In this document: in pieces, positions 18,761 to 28,288 of the stretch
Numbering within the stretch: the stretch's first letter is position 1
Layout of the letters: every line of letters begins with the position of its first letter
Source: a virus
Lineage: Duplodnaviria; Heunggongvirae; Uroviricota; Caudoviricetes
Length of the DNA stretch: 64,000 nt
IMG/VR virus record: IMGVR_UViG_3300023179_000049
Strand: one strand, 5' to 3'
Translations under genes and position numbers: made by a program
The notes under the pieces: model-generated
What the model was told of the DNA's origin: nothing
Seen by the model: the letters and a program-made list of their open reading frames with translations, nothing else
The model's database searches: none

Positions 18761-19945
18761 TTATTTTTTTAATAGTTCTGCACATAATTCAGCTTCATGC
18801 CAAATATTTAATTCGAAATCAGGATTATTAGCTACAATCCAAGCTTCTGTTCTTCTTCCTAAGTCGCTTCTTTCAACAATACCATAATTAGTACTTCCGC
18901 CATAATATACATCAGCAACAGTATTATTAAGAACATTAACTGCTGAATTTATATCAAAAGGAGTATACATTCTATCTGCTGGTACTTGTTCTGGAAATCC
19001 TCTAAAATTAGGATATACTACATCAATACCAAATGCTGTACCTTCTACAATTGTAAATGATACCCAATCTTGTAAAGAAGAATTAAAGATAATAGCATTC
19101 GAAGCTAATTCTTCATAATATTCTTCTTTAGTTAATCCTTCTAATAATTTGAATCTAGGTTCTTTAGCAGCATATTCTCTAAAAGCATCTATAACGCCCG
19201 GAAGCATACTTCTTAATGATTTACCAGATGTAGTAACGTGCCATTCAAACGTTATATCTTCACTTAAGAATTTCTTAGCTACCTCAAGCATAAAGAATGG
19301 ATTTTTTTCTTTATCTAGTCTTGACGAAAACATAACTACCTTTTTCTTTGGCTCTTGTAACTTTTCTTTCCAATTTGGAACTTTACTTCTTATTTCATCT
19401 GCTGATACCGGCATAGATACAACATGTATTGGACAAGTAAATCCATCAGCTCTTAACAAGTCTCTATGTAAGGTGCTTCCAACAAACATACCACTTAAAC
19501 GCTTATCTAGCCCCAATTCGTAATGTCTCATCCACTTTCTCATTGCAAAGGTAAAATCATATTCGTCCGAAGATTGAGCCCAATTACGAGCGTAAAACTT
19601 AATATCTTTATAACCGTAAAGATCTAAAGCATAAAAAATACTTTCAATACCCGGAGTCCAAAAATCTTGCAAGAATATAATATCTCCATTCTTTACATTA
19701 CCTTCATTAAGTAATGATAGAAAGTTAGCGCATTGACTCATTGCATACTTACCTCTACCTACAGCATCTAATACTGCACCTACTTTAATTTCTTGAGTTT
19801 CATCAAATTCGCCTGGAATATCAATAAAATTAATTTTATCGTTTTGAAGATTAAATGCTTCCGGCATCCATTTAGTACTTAGTTGATAAGTGTATCTTGC
19901 TTTTAAGGGTTCTAACCCAAAATAGAATAAATTTTTCTTTGTCAT
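18761..19945 (-). CDS. hypothetical protein, possible GT-B fold glycosyltransferase
   Basis: 'FTIVEGTAFGIDVVYPN' resembles GT-B E..G.PV motif; weak. Confidence 0.3.
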   Translation of the reverse strand: MTKKNLFYFGLEPLKARYTYQLSTKWMPEAFNLQNDKINFIDIPGEFDETQEIKVGAVLDAVGRGKYAMSQCANFLSLLNEGNVKNGDIIFLQDFWTPGIESIFYALDLYGYKDIKFYARNWAQSSDEYDFTFAMRKWMRHYELGLDKRLSGMFVGSTLHRDLLRADGFTCPIHVVSMPVSADEIRSKVPNWKEKLQEPKKKVVMFSSRLDKEKNPFFMLEVAKKFLSEDITFEWHVTTSGKSLRSMLPGVIDAFREYAAKEPRFKLLEGLTKEEYYEELASNAIIFNSSLQDWVSFTIVEGTAFGIDVVYPNFRGFPEQVPADRMYTPFDINSAVNVLNNTVADVYYGGSTNYGIVERSDLGRRTEAWIVANNPDFELNIWHEAELCAELLKK

Positions 19946-19981
19946 ATCATTAATATAAGAGAAACAACTGTAAAAACCAAA

Positions 19982-20281
19982 TTACAGAACCATTAATAAT
20001 TCAGATTCTCTTAAAATAATATAATCTTTGCCGTCAATCTTAATATCATTTCCTTGATGATATGGAGGAAGAACTACTTTATCTCCTACTTTTACAGACA
20101 TAGGAATTGGTGCTCCGCTTTGTGTAAAAATGCCATCACCTACGGCTACTACTGTTGTAAATTTTACATCTTCTGTTGATGCCGAGTCAGGAATAAAAAA
20201 TCCTGCTTCTGTTGTTTTTTCTTCGTTTTTAGGAAGAGCTTCTACTAAAACTCTATCTCCTAATGGTTTACTTGTTATCAT
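19982..20281 (-). CDS. groS: co-chaperonin GroES (Hsp10)
   Basis: 'KPLGDRVLVE...EEKTTEAGFFIPDSA...GDKVVL' typical GroES. Confidence 0.85.
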   Translation of the reverse strand: MITSKPLGDRVLVEALPKNEEKTTEAGFFIPDSASTEDVKFTTVVAVGDGIFTQSGAPIPMSVKVGDKVVLPPYHQGNDIKIDGKDYIILRESELLMVL

Positions 20282-20304
20282 AACTTTATTTTATTTATTA
20301 ATGT

Positions 20305-20826
20305 TTATTTAATTTTAGCTATATATAGCCCTAGCTTACCCATGAATTTACTAGTATCCCAATAATATCCAATACTATTTAATAAAGATTCATTACCATG
20401 TAATATAGAAGCATAAATACTTAATTTCTTTTTAGCTTCAATATCATTCTTACCAAATGGTATTACAGTAACTACATCTGGGTTGTTTTGTTTAATCCAT
20501 TCTAAGGTTGATTTAACTACTATTCCTAGTATATTGGCTAATGTATTATAGTCTGTTTTATATTTTTGTATTGTAGAATCTTCAATATCAAATCCAATAT
20601 TATAATATGTATTAGGATTGAATTTATTATATAGAATGGATCCTCGCTGAAACATTATTTTTCCATCATGGTCAAATTTTTCTATTTTTACTCCAACATC
20701 TAAATCTTTAACTTTAAATCTAACATCTTGATTTAATTTTAAAGTAATAGGTGTCGAATTTTCAAAATCAATAGACTCTGCTAATTGATTATAAAGAGTG
20801 TTATATTTTATTTTATTAATGCTCAT
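20305..20826 (-). CDS. hypothetical protein
   Basis: 173-aa ORF. Confidence 0.4.
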   Translation of the reverse strand: MSINKIKYNTLYNQLAESIDFENSTPITLKLNQDVRFKVKDLDVGVKIEKFDHDGKIMFQRGSILYNKFNPNTYYNIGFDIEDSTIQKYKTDYNTLANILGIVVKSTLEWIKQNNPDVVTVIPFGKNDIEAKKKLSIYASILHGNESLLNSIGYYWDTSKFMGKLGLYIAKIK

Positions 20827-20864
20827 AATTATATTTTTATTATATTTTTCTTTTAAAGAAACAT

Positions 20865-21308
20865 TTATATATTAAAATTTTCGTTTTTTAACATTATAAA
20901 ATCCTGCATATCTTTTTTACGAGCATATTTTTTCTTAGCTTCGATTATTTCATTTATAGGAACTAGAGGATACTTAACATTATTATAAGTATAATATAAT
21001 GAACCTATATTACCTGTATAATTATCAATACATAATATATTTAGATATAAATCTGATTTCTTAAATTTAAAATTATTATCTCCGGGAGAACCGCCATTAA
21101 TATTAAAAAACTCTAATCCTTTTAAATATATTTTTTGATCTCTTGTAGGATTGACTATTATTATATCTAAATCTCCTACAGATCTAGAAAAATTTAATCC
21201 TAATAATTTTAGAACCAATGTTCCACCTAATCTAACATTAGATTGGTATTCTGATAAATCTTTAATTATTATATTAAAGGTATCTAAGTATTTGTTTAAT
21301 TCTTTCAT
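20865..21308 (-). CDS. hypothetical protein
   Basis: 147-aa ORF; upstream 27-bp sequence duplicated at 22434-22460. Confidence 0.4.
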   Translation of the reverse strand: MKELNKYLDTFNIIIKDLSEYQSNVRLGGTLVLKLLGLNFSRSVGDLDIIIVNPTRDQKIYLKGLEFFNINGGSPGDNNFKFKKSDLYLNILCIDNYTGNIGSLYYTYNNVKYPLVPINEIIEAKKKYARKKDMQDFIMLKNENFNI

Positions 21309-21334
21309 AACTTATACGTTTAATGTTTTTTGGT

Positions 21335-21898
21335 TTATACTGCTGCAAATCTTACTATACAACCTGTATATCCAATTGGCCTATATTCTTCAGGATTGTC
21401 CAATACTTTTTCTAACATATCACGAATCATTTGTTTATCATCTTCATATGTTTTGATAGGTGCATCAATGTTTTGAGGAAATTCAGGTGACCAAGATATA
21501 GTAATACTTTGTTTTGGTTCAAATGTTTCTAGATTATATGTTGTAGGTGCAAATACACAACCATCTTTTACTGGTTTGTACATTTCTCCCGGTTCATATA
21601 TTTTTGGAGTAAAGTTTAAAGTGTAAATATATCCTACTTTATGTTTGTAAGTTGGATTGTCTGAATCTGATATTTTCATAGACTTTGCAACTATTGCTTT
21701 TTGTTTATCTTCAGTTAATCCAGCAGGTAGTTCCATCCATATAATTTTATCAAACTCAAAATGCTTGATTAACTCTGCTTCTACTTGATCACGCTGTTCT
21801 TCGGTTAGTTGCGTAATTTTTTCAATGTTATTATAACCATAAGCCTTGTCTGCACTTCCGCAAATTGATAATAATTTTTCTGTTAAATTTGATTTCAT
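21335..21898 (-). CDS. hypothetical protein
   Basis: 187-aa ORF. Confidence 0.4.
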   Translation of the reverse strand: MKSNLTEKLLSICGSADKAYGYNNIEKITQLTEEQRDQVEAELIKHFEFDKIIWMELPAGLTEDKQKAIVAKSMKISDSDNPTYKHKVGYIYTLNFTPKIYEPGEMYKPVKDGCVFAPTTYNLETFEPKQSITISWSPEFPQNIDAPIKTYEDDKQMIRDMLEKVLDNPEEYRPIGYTGCIVRFAAV

Positions 21899-21902
21899 AT
21901 TT

Positions 21903-22247
21903 TTATTTTTTTATAACATTAATTTTAACATCTCCATTAATAATTTGCTCTTGTACCTTAGATGCTTCTTTGAAGTTTTTACAATCTGTCACATCTACAT
22001 TGATTGTTATTCCTAATTCTTTTAATTGCTTAGGCGTTAGTGGTTTAATAGGCTCAGATTCTACAAATTTAGGATATGTTCTTTTAAGGGGTTCTTTTTT
22101 TAAGAAGTAACCTGATATATCAACATATTTAAGTAGATCTTTATCTCCTTCAATTGTAGTCGTTCCTTGTGTTGCTTTGAGCATTGCTATTTTATATCCA
22201 AGTTTATTAGCAAGCCATTTTACAATTAGTATTGTTGTTCTTTTCAT
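21903..22247 (-). CDS. hypothetical protein
   Basis: 114-aa ORF. Confidence 0.4.
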   Translation of the reverse strand: MKRTTILIVKWLANKLGYKIAMLKATQGTTTIEGDKDLLKYVDISGYFLKKEPLKRTYPKFVESEPIKPLTPKQLKELGITINVDVTDCKNFKEASKVQEQIINGDVKINVIKK

Positions 22248-22253
22248 AATTTT

Positions 22254-22433
22254 ATTTTATTTATCTATTATATTTTGTAATCGTTTAATCTCATCAATTA
22301 TATCATCACCTAATTCAATTTTAGACATCATTGTTAGATCTATTACTTGAGAATAAAGTAAGTTTATCAGTTGTTGTTGAGCTGCCATTTTTGCAGATAT
22401 CATTTGTGATACATTTTGTAGTTCTTTATTCAT
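22254..22433 (-). CDS. small hypothetical protein (59 aa, below ORF-track cutoff)
   Basis: Hand translation MNKELQNVSQMISAKMAAQQQLINLLYSQVIDLTMMSKIELGDDIIDEIKRLQNIIDK; same 27-bp upstream sequence as 20865..21308. Confidence 0.3.
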
Positions 22434-22444
22434 AACTTATACGT

Positions 22445-23248
22445 TTAATGTTTTTTATTTTTAATTTGTTCTATAAATTTATCATGTCCTAGAGCTCGTT
22501 TCATTGAATTGATTCGTTTTTTTGTATATACTAAATTTTCAATATTACAAACTTGCTCTGGTGATAATTGCAATTTCATCGCCTCCGTAATTGATATTTT
22601 ATGATCGACTGAAGGGTAATCTCCATGTGACCAATGTAAATTAAAGTTATCTCTAATATATTCTCCTGTATAATAATCAGTCCCATCCCATATTTTTTGT
22701 AATTCTTGTCTCTTTGATATTGTAAGCCGTCTAACTATTTTAGTATACTCTTTTTTACTCATACCATTAACGAATATAGTTGGGTCATGCCAAATACCAG
22801 ACTTTATACTAGTTTTTCTTCTCTTTTCAATCGCACTTGCAGAATTTGAATTAATTCTACGTAGTTCATTTTGAGGCGGTATTAAATTACTTTTTTTCCA
22901 AATACCATAACAAGTCCTAGAACAAAAATAATATTTTTTATCTTTATAAACCCTCTTTTTAATGCTTTTACTGCACTGATCACATTGTACGATTTTAAGA
23001 TTTGATTTGTTAATCTGGCATTCTTCGCTACAATACTTGTTGGATGTAACTAACTGTTTATTACTAATAAAGGAATTGTTACATCCAACACATGTATAAG
23101 TATATTCTTTATAAGTTCGTAACTTAGCCGCTTCTGAGTATTTTTTTCGTATATCATTAGCTTTAGAAATACCATATTCATTTTCTAATGAAATTCCTTT
23201 TCGATGACTATATTTCATATTAATATCTTTAATATAAATATCTGACAT
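22445..23248 (-). CDS. HNH homing endonuclease with zinc-finger modules
   Basis: Multiple CxxC pairs; 'HWSHGDYPSVDHKISITEAMK...N' HNH core (H...DH...N). Confidence 0.65.
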   Translation of the reverse strand: MSDIYIKDINMKYSHRKGISLENEYGISKANDIRKKYSEAAKLRTYKEYTYTCVGCNNSFISNKQLVTSNKYCSEECQINKSNLKIVQCDQCSKSIKKRVYKDKKYYFCSRTCYGIWKKSNLIPPQNELRRINSNSASAIEKRRKTSIKSGIWHDPTIFVNGMSKKEYTKIVRRLTISKRQELQKIWDGTDYYTGEYIRDNFNLHWSHGDYPSVDHKISITEAMKLQLSPEQVCNIENLVYTKKRINSMKRALGHDKFIEQIKNKKH

Positions 23249-23270
23249 CTAAGGTTTTATTCCAAGAAAG

Positions 23271-24104
23271 TTATACATTAATTACCCGGTCCCATGCCGC
23301 AATGTGCAATCTTGTTAATCCTCTGAACTTATACTTTTTAGCCATTTCTAAGATAAAATGAGTTCTTTCATGATATTGTTCTTGACTATCCATTCCTGGC
23401 ATCGCTACTACATTCTTCAAAGGAATCTTAAATGGTTCTATAAAGTCTCTAAACATCTCTTTTACATCATCTTCAGTTGAAATAACGAACTTAAATTGAT
23501 AGTTATCGTGTTCCATTATGCGTTCAATAGCTGCAGGAACTATTCTTTGTTTCTCGGTCATACCTGAGTTGGATAGCTTAGGTGAGCAATTAATTTGAGA
23601 TAACCTAGCAAATAAAGCATCTTCAATGTATAGAGTACCGTTTGTTTCTATCTCAGAGTATAATGTTTCTGGAGATGAATTTTGTTGGTAATAGTACTTG
23701 ATAAAGTTAACAATAGCTTCCTGATGTCCCTTAATTGTAGGTTCTCCACCAGTCCAAATGATATGAATAGTACCATTCTTAATGTGTTCATAGATACCCT
23801 GCTCTTTCCATTGATCAATTAGATATTGAAACTCTTTATCTTCACCTCTCCATAACCATTGAGATGTTGAATCACAAGTCCATGTTGCTTTACCTTCCTT
23901 ATGTAAATCACCCTCAAAGATCTCTCCATCCTCTAATGATTTATCTTTCATTAAATTGTTAGTGAATGCTCTACTCATTCCGCAAGTTAAATTGCATATT
24001 CCTAATCTTACAAAATATGATGGTATTCCTGATGAAATGCCCTCGCCTTGCACACTATAAAAATCACTACTAATTAGTAGTTTGTCCGTGTTTATTTTAC
24101 TCAT
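23271..24104 (-). CDS. queE: 7-carboxy-7-deazaguanine synthase (QueE, radical SAM)
   Basis: 'FYSVQGEGISSGIPSYFVRLGICNLTCG' = QueE N-terminal signature with CxxxC...C. Confidence 0.85.
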   Translation of the reverse strand: MSKINTDKLLISSDFYSVQGEGISSGIPSYFVRLGICNLTCGMSRAFTNNLMKDKSLEDGEIFEGDLHKEGKATWTCDSTSQWLWRGEDKEFQYLIDQWKEQGIYEHIKNGTIHIIWTGGEPTIKGHQEAIVNFIKYYYQQNSSPETLYSEIETNGTLYIEDALFARLSQINCSPKLSNSGMTEKQRIVPAAIERIMEHDNYQFKFVISTEDDVKEMFRDFIEPFKIPLKNVVAMPGMDSQEQYHERTHFILEMAKKYKFRGLTRLHIAAWDRVINV

Positions 24105-24118
24105 AACTTTTTATTTAT

Positions 24119-24748
24119 TTAAATATATAATAAATTTTTATTTCTTTTCAAAGCTTCCGTAATAAAATTTAATTCATTTGCAACGTTTTCAATATCTGGT
24201 AATATTTCGTTAAATCTAGAAAATCTATGCCCTGCATTTTCAAACTTCTTTAAAGTCTTTCTATACGGGAAGTATTGATCTAGTTTATCAAACGTTAAAC
24301 GTTCATCGTCAGAAGAAATATAAAAATATAAATTTGATGATGTAATAGATGATGATTGAATAGTATCAAATAAAAACTTTAACGAATCTAAATATTCTTT
24401 CTTAAATTCATAAGGTTCTCCATTTCCGTAACGAGTATGTGTTCCTATATCTTTAGCTAAAGACATATGAGGTTCTAAGGAAGGATTAATTACAAATGCT
24501 GGTACATCAAATCTAGCTGCGCAATATAAAGCATAAAATCCACCTAATGAAGTGCCTACAACAATCACAGGACCTTTAGTACCTTTAATAATTGAAGATA
24601 ATGTACTTACTGCTTCTTTAGGATTAGCTGATAATGTAGGACTAATTATGTTTACCTTAGGCCCGTATTTTGAAAAGTACTTTATAAGTTGATTGGATTT
24701 ATCATTATCTCCGGAAGATTTAAATCCATGTATATAAATTATATTCAT
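24119..24748 (-). CDS. alpha/beta hydrolase, YqiA-type esterase
   Basis: 'IIYIHGFKSS', nucleophile elbow 'GTSLGG'. Confidence 0.55.
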   Translation of the reverse strand: MNIIYIHGFKSSGDNDKSNQLIKYFSKYGPKVNIISPTLSANPKEAVSTLSSIIKGTKGPVIVVGTSLGGFYALYCAARFDVPAFVINPSLEPHMSLAKDIGTHTRYGNGEPYEFKKEYLDSLKFLFDTIQSSSITSSNLYFYISSDDERLTFDKLDQYFPYRKTLKKFENAGHRFSRFNEILPDIENVANELNFITEALKRNKNLLYI

Positions 24749-25317
24749 TATTTTGTATATGTTTTTGTATATTTAAAGTCTTCAATATTTTCATACCCGG
24801 CTATTTTACCTACGATTACTTTTTCATATGGAACACCGCCTATTAATCTTGTGTAATGTATACCATCTGGGTTAAGATTTAAAATTTCTTTATTTAAAAT
24901 TTCAGCAGCATACTTATTAGGAATTGGTTTATACCCATGTTTAAGTTTAATATGCTCCGTTTTTCCAGATACTTCTGTCCATGCTCTATTTAATTTTAAA
25001 TCTTCTGCCCATAAATCATAAAGTGCTTTCTTACCTTCTTCAGACCCATCACTACCAGCGCCGATTCCTTTTCTTCCTTTAAAATCTTTATATAAAGATA
25101 TAGCTACGATTTTGCCGTTTTTGCGTACTAATTTCCATAGACTCGATGTTTCAATTAATTCATCTATAGAAGATGCGCCTTTATATCCGCCAATGTCTTC
25201 GTATGAAGTTTGGAGCATGTCCCAGACTAACTGACCGTATTTTCTTTTGTCAGAACTATCTGTGATATTAACATATCTTTCTAAAAGTAACTCATTATAA
25301 AGCCTTTTTAATTTCAT
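24748..25317 (-). CDS. hypothetical protein
   Basis: 189-aa ORF. Confidence 0.4.
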   Translation of the reverse strand: MKLKRLYNELLLERYVNITDSSDKRKYGQLVWDMLQTSYEDIGGYKGASSIDELIETSSLWKLVRKNGKIVAISLYKDFKGRKGIGAGSDGSEEGKKALYDLWAEDLKLNRAWTEVSGKTEHIKLKHGYKPIPNKYAAEILNKEILNLNPDGIHYTRLIGGVPYEKVIVGKIAGYENIEDFKYTKTYTK

Positions 25318-25586
25318 TTTATTATTTCATTATATGATGTCCATCGAAATTGCTCTTCGGTATCATCAGGTAATGAAGGTACTGGCATTGCCAACATTAT
25401 CTCATTATCAACACTTCTACCGATTGCAATAAATCCATAACCTTCGCATATCTCTGGTACATACGTATCCGGTTGTAAAGAATCTGCTTTTTCTAAGATA
25501 TCAAAATCCCATTCGATACCATTGGGGTCATTATTTTCAACCCATTGTTTACTGTAATTTGCCATAACTTGTTTTTTTGTTAACAA
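25314..25586 (-). CDS. hypothetical protein
   Basis: 90-aa ORF, overlaps neighbours by 4-7 nt. Confidence 0.35.
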   Translation of the reverse strand: MLTKKQVMANYSKQWVENNDPNGIEWDFDILEKADSLQPDTYVPEICEGYGFIAIGRSVDNEIMLAMPVPSLPDDTEEQFRWTSYNEIIK

Positions 25587-26188
25587 CCGTAATGTTGTTC
25601 GTGATTAATTGTTTGATTTGTATTATTTATTTTAATATTATCTTCGTAGTATATTGAGCTGTTTTTATTATTTTCCATAAATTCAACTTGAGCTACTTTA
25701 ACTCTGCCATTAGTTTCTTCTAAAACAAATTTATTTACTTTATTATAAATATATTTTGCAAATTGTTCTGCTCCTGTAGCTGGTATGATTCTTAGTTGTA
25801 TCATTTCTTTAGAGTGCATAACTTTAAAAAATTCTACTTGTGGATCGTCCTCAGATATAATAGTCGTATGATCAAACATGTAATCCATCCATTCTTTAGG
25901 ATTCTTACCATCAATATGACCATTAGCTCGTTTCATACCTCCGAAATCCCAAACCCAATTACGTTCATCTAGTTCACCTTCAAATGTTATACGAAATGAT
26001 ACTCCATATCCATGTAAGAATCTACAATGAGTTCCTTCTGCTTTCCATTGACGAAATACACAACTGTAACCGTCAAATAATTTTGTTGATTGAAATTTTT
26101 TCATATTAGTTATTAATGCTATATTTTTTCTTGTTTTTAATGGTATTGAAGTATATTTCATCCACTCTATATAAATAGTTTGGGTCAT
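25580..26188 (-). CDS. queD: 6-carboxytetrahydropterin synthase (QueD/PTPS family)
   Basis: 'THCRFLHGYGVSF' (Cx3HGx motif of QueD/PTPS), Glu/His further downstream. Confidence 0.7.
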   Translation of the reverse strand: MTQTIYIEWMKYTSIPLKTRKNIALITNMKKFQSTKLFDGYSCVFRQWKAEGTHCRFLHGYGVSFRITFEGELDERNWVWDFGGMKRANGHIDGKNPKEWMDYMFDHTTIISEDDPQVEFFKVMHSKEMIQLRIIPATGAEQFAKYIYNKVNKFVLEETNGRVKVAQVEFMENNKNSSIYYEDNIKINNTNQTINHEQHYGC

Positions 26189-26324
26189 GAATTTTACGTC
26201 CTAATAAGTTTTTTGATTCTAATTCTTTTTTAGTTTCAAACTTAATAATTTCATTTTCAAAAGATCTAACAGCATTGCTAAAATGATCTACATAACCTCT
26301 TTTTTTACCCATAAACTTTATCAA
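26106..26324 (-). CDS. small hypothetical protein (TTG start in ORF track)
   Basis: 72 aa, starts at TTG; overlaps queD start; low support. Confidence 0.2.
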   Translation of the reverse strand: MIKFMGKKRGYVDHFSNAVRSFENEIIKFETKKELESKNLLGRKIHDPNYLYRVDEIYFNTIKNKKKYSINN

Positions 26325-26384
26325 TTTGTAATATACTTAAATATAAGTAATACATTTCATATTTCCTAATGTTTTTTAAAATAA
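26325..26384 (-). promoter_or_regulatory. conserved intergenic promoter-like motif
   Basis: Minus strand 'AAAAAACATTAGGAAATATGAAATGTATTACTTATATTTAAGTATATTACAAAT' ~80% identical to site at 3618-3691. Confidence 0.45.
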
Positions 26385-26390
26385 CAGTAA

Positions 26391-26423
26391 AAGAGCCCGC
26401 AGTTGGTATATTTTGCAGGCTCT
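26391..26423 (-). terminator. rho-independent terminator
   Basis: Minus-strand hairpin GAGCCTGCA...TGCGGGCTC followed by TTTTACTGTTATTTT after stop of 26449..27204. Confidence 0.55.
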
Positions 26424-26448
26424 TATTAATATGTATGTTGTAAATGGA

Positions 26449-27204
26449 TTAACGTTCCATTTCTCTATTAAAATGTGCTATTTGATCAAGTCTATCTTGT
26501 TCTTTATTTGGGCGTCTATAAGGTGATTTATAATCTGGATGACCCGTGGTATGTTTATCTAATATACCATTGGTAGTAGAAACAAACTCTTCTGCTGGTA
26601 CAATTTTCCAATTCGAATTTAATGCATGACTTCCGTATTTTGTTCCGCGATTTTTAAATGCCATTTCTGCTTCTCGCTTCGAAGGATACATGCTTATAGC
26701 CTGATTATTGCTTTTTAAAACCCAATAACCAGCCAATTTAGGGTCTAATGGACTATTTTCTTTTAAAGACATTTTACGTCTTTCTTGCATAACTGGATCT
26801 TTAAAGTTATTTATAGCAACTGCTAATTTTTTGAATTTTTCACCTATAAGGTTTAAGTCCATTTTATATATTATACGAGATAATTCTCGTAAAGCAATGT
26901 CAATGCCTTTCCATCTAGCTTGTTGTTCTGGATTTAAATTTGCAAGACCTGACAACTCATACGTGTCAACTTGTGATTCTTCCATTGTTTCAAATATAGA
27001 CTCATCATTAGTTTTTACTGCATTTTCTAATGCTTTTATATCTTCTATTGTTTCATCAACAATATAAGGTTCATATAACTTAAGTTTACTAGCTAAAGTA
27101 TATATTTTCTTTAGTTTTTGATAATCAATAGTATTAATTTCATTTTCTTTTAATACTTCTTTAATGCTCTCTTTTATAAGAGATTTTAATTGTGTTATTT
27201 TCAT
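26449..27204 (-). CDS. hypothetical protein
   Basis: 251 aa; N-terminus 'MKITQLKSLIKESIKEVLKE' of the recurrent LIKE type. Confidence 0.4.
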   Translation of the reverse strand: MKITQLKSLIKESIKEVLKENEINTIDYQKLKKIYTLASKLKLYEPYIVDETIEDIKALENAVKTNDESIFETMEESQVDTYELSGLANLNPEQQARWKGIDIALRELSRIIYKMDLNLIGEKFKKLAVAINNFKDPVMQERRKMSLKENSPLDPKLAGYWVLKSNNQAISMYPSKREAEMAFKNRGTKYGSHALNSNWKIVPAEEFVSTTNGILDKHTTGHPDYKSPYRRPNKEQDRLDQIAHFNREMER

Positions 27205-27229
27205 GTTATTGTTATTTTATATATATATG

Positions 27230-28243
27230 TTATACTTTATTTTTTCTTGTCGTAACTGCCGTTTCTAATTGAGTGCCATTTATAAAAATATGATCTCCTT
27301 TGAATTGTGCTATAGCATTAGATAATCTATAATTTTTACATCTAACTGAATTAAATACCGAATCAGCACTATTTAAATATAATGTTTTATTGCCAGTTAC
27401 AATCAAAGCCCACCAATCAGCTTTTTTTATTTTTGCTTCTAATAATCTATCAATATCATTGCAAAATTTAACTACTAAATTATTTAAGCTTTTGTTCGGA
27501 TCTTCTTTATTTAATAAATCTTCTAGTTTTGCAGCAAGTTTATATATAATTGGTATATCTGAAGTCTGGGCTAATTGAAAAATATCCTCTACCTGAAACA
27601 TCATTTCTGGAGTTTCTAATTCATCTAAAATTTTATTTATATCAATTTGCCCTTTAGATTTATTTACGTCAAGATTTGTTAATAATTGAGCTAATGTCAA
27701 AAATGAATTTAAATGCTTTGAAGTCTCCGGGTCTAAAGATCCAAAATCAAAAATCGCATTTCCATAAGCCTTTAAAGACACCGTTTTATTATCAACTACT
27801 ACATCAGGCGTGTCTCCTTTTGCTCCTACTACCAAACCTTTAAATACTATAGCAAACCATAATTCAGATGCATGTCCATTAGGAATTTTAATTGCAGTGT
27901 CTATAATATCAAATAATTCTCTTTCAGTAGATGATATTGGATATTCGCCTGCTTTTAAAGATTTTCTATATTTAGGGTTAAATAAATTTATTAAATTATT
28001 TGACTCGTCATTTTGTATAATTTGATCATATAAAGCAGATAATCCAGTTATACTTTGATTTTTTAATAGATATGTGTCTTTGATATATGCTTCAAATGTT
28101 TGAAGTGAGCTAAATATCTTTTCTGAAATAGTGTCTTGAACTACCTCTTCTGGATCAGTTACTCTTTCTTTCTTTGCATCATTAATCATACCAGAAATAT
28201 CTTCTTTTGTAAGTTTAATGCGTTCTAATATGTTATTTATCAT
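27230..28243 (-). CDS. hypothetical protein
   Basis: 337-aa ORF. Confidence 0.4.
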   Translation of the reverse strand: MINNILERIKLTKEDISGMINDAKKERVTDPEEVVQDTISEKIFSSLQTFEAYIKDTYLLKNQSITGLSALYDQIIQNDESNNLINLFNPKYRKSLKAGEYPISSTERELFDIIDTAIKIPNGHASELWFAIVFKGLVVGAKGDTPDVVVDNKTVSLKAYGNAIFDFGSLDPETSKHLNSFLTLAQLLTNLDVNKSKGQIDINKILDELETPEMMFQVEDIFQLAQTSDIPIIYKLAAKLEDLLNKEDPNKSLNNLVVKFCNDIDRLLEAKIKKADWWALIVTGNKTLYLNSADSVFNSVRCKNYRLSNAIAQFKGDHIFINGTQLETAVTTRKNKV

Positions 28244-28288
28244 ATTTGTATTATACGTTTCTTTATTATAAATATCTATGATAATTAA

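Noticed and set aside
26106-26324. Treating 26106..26324 as a confident gene
   Set aside because: It starts at TTG and overlaps the queD start by ~80 nt. It is kept only as a low-confidence feature.
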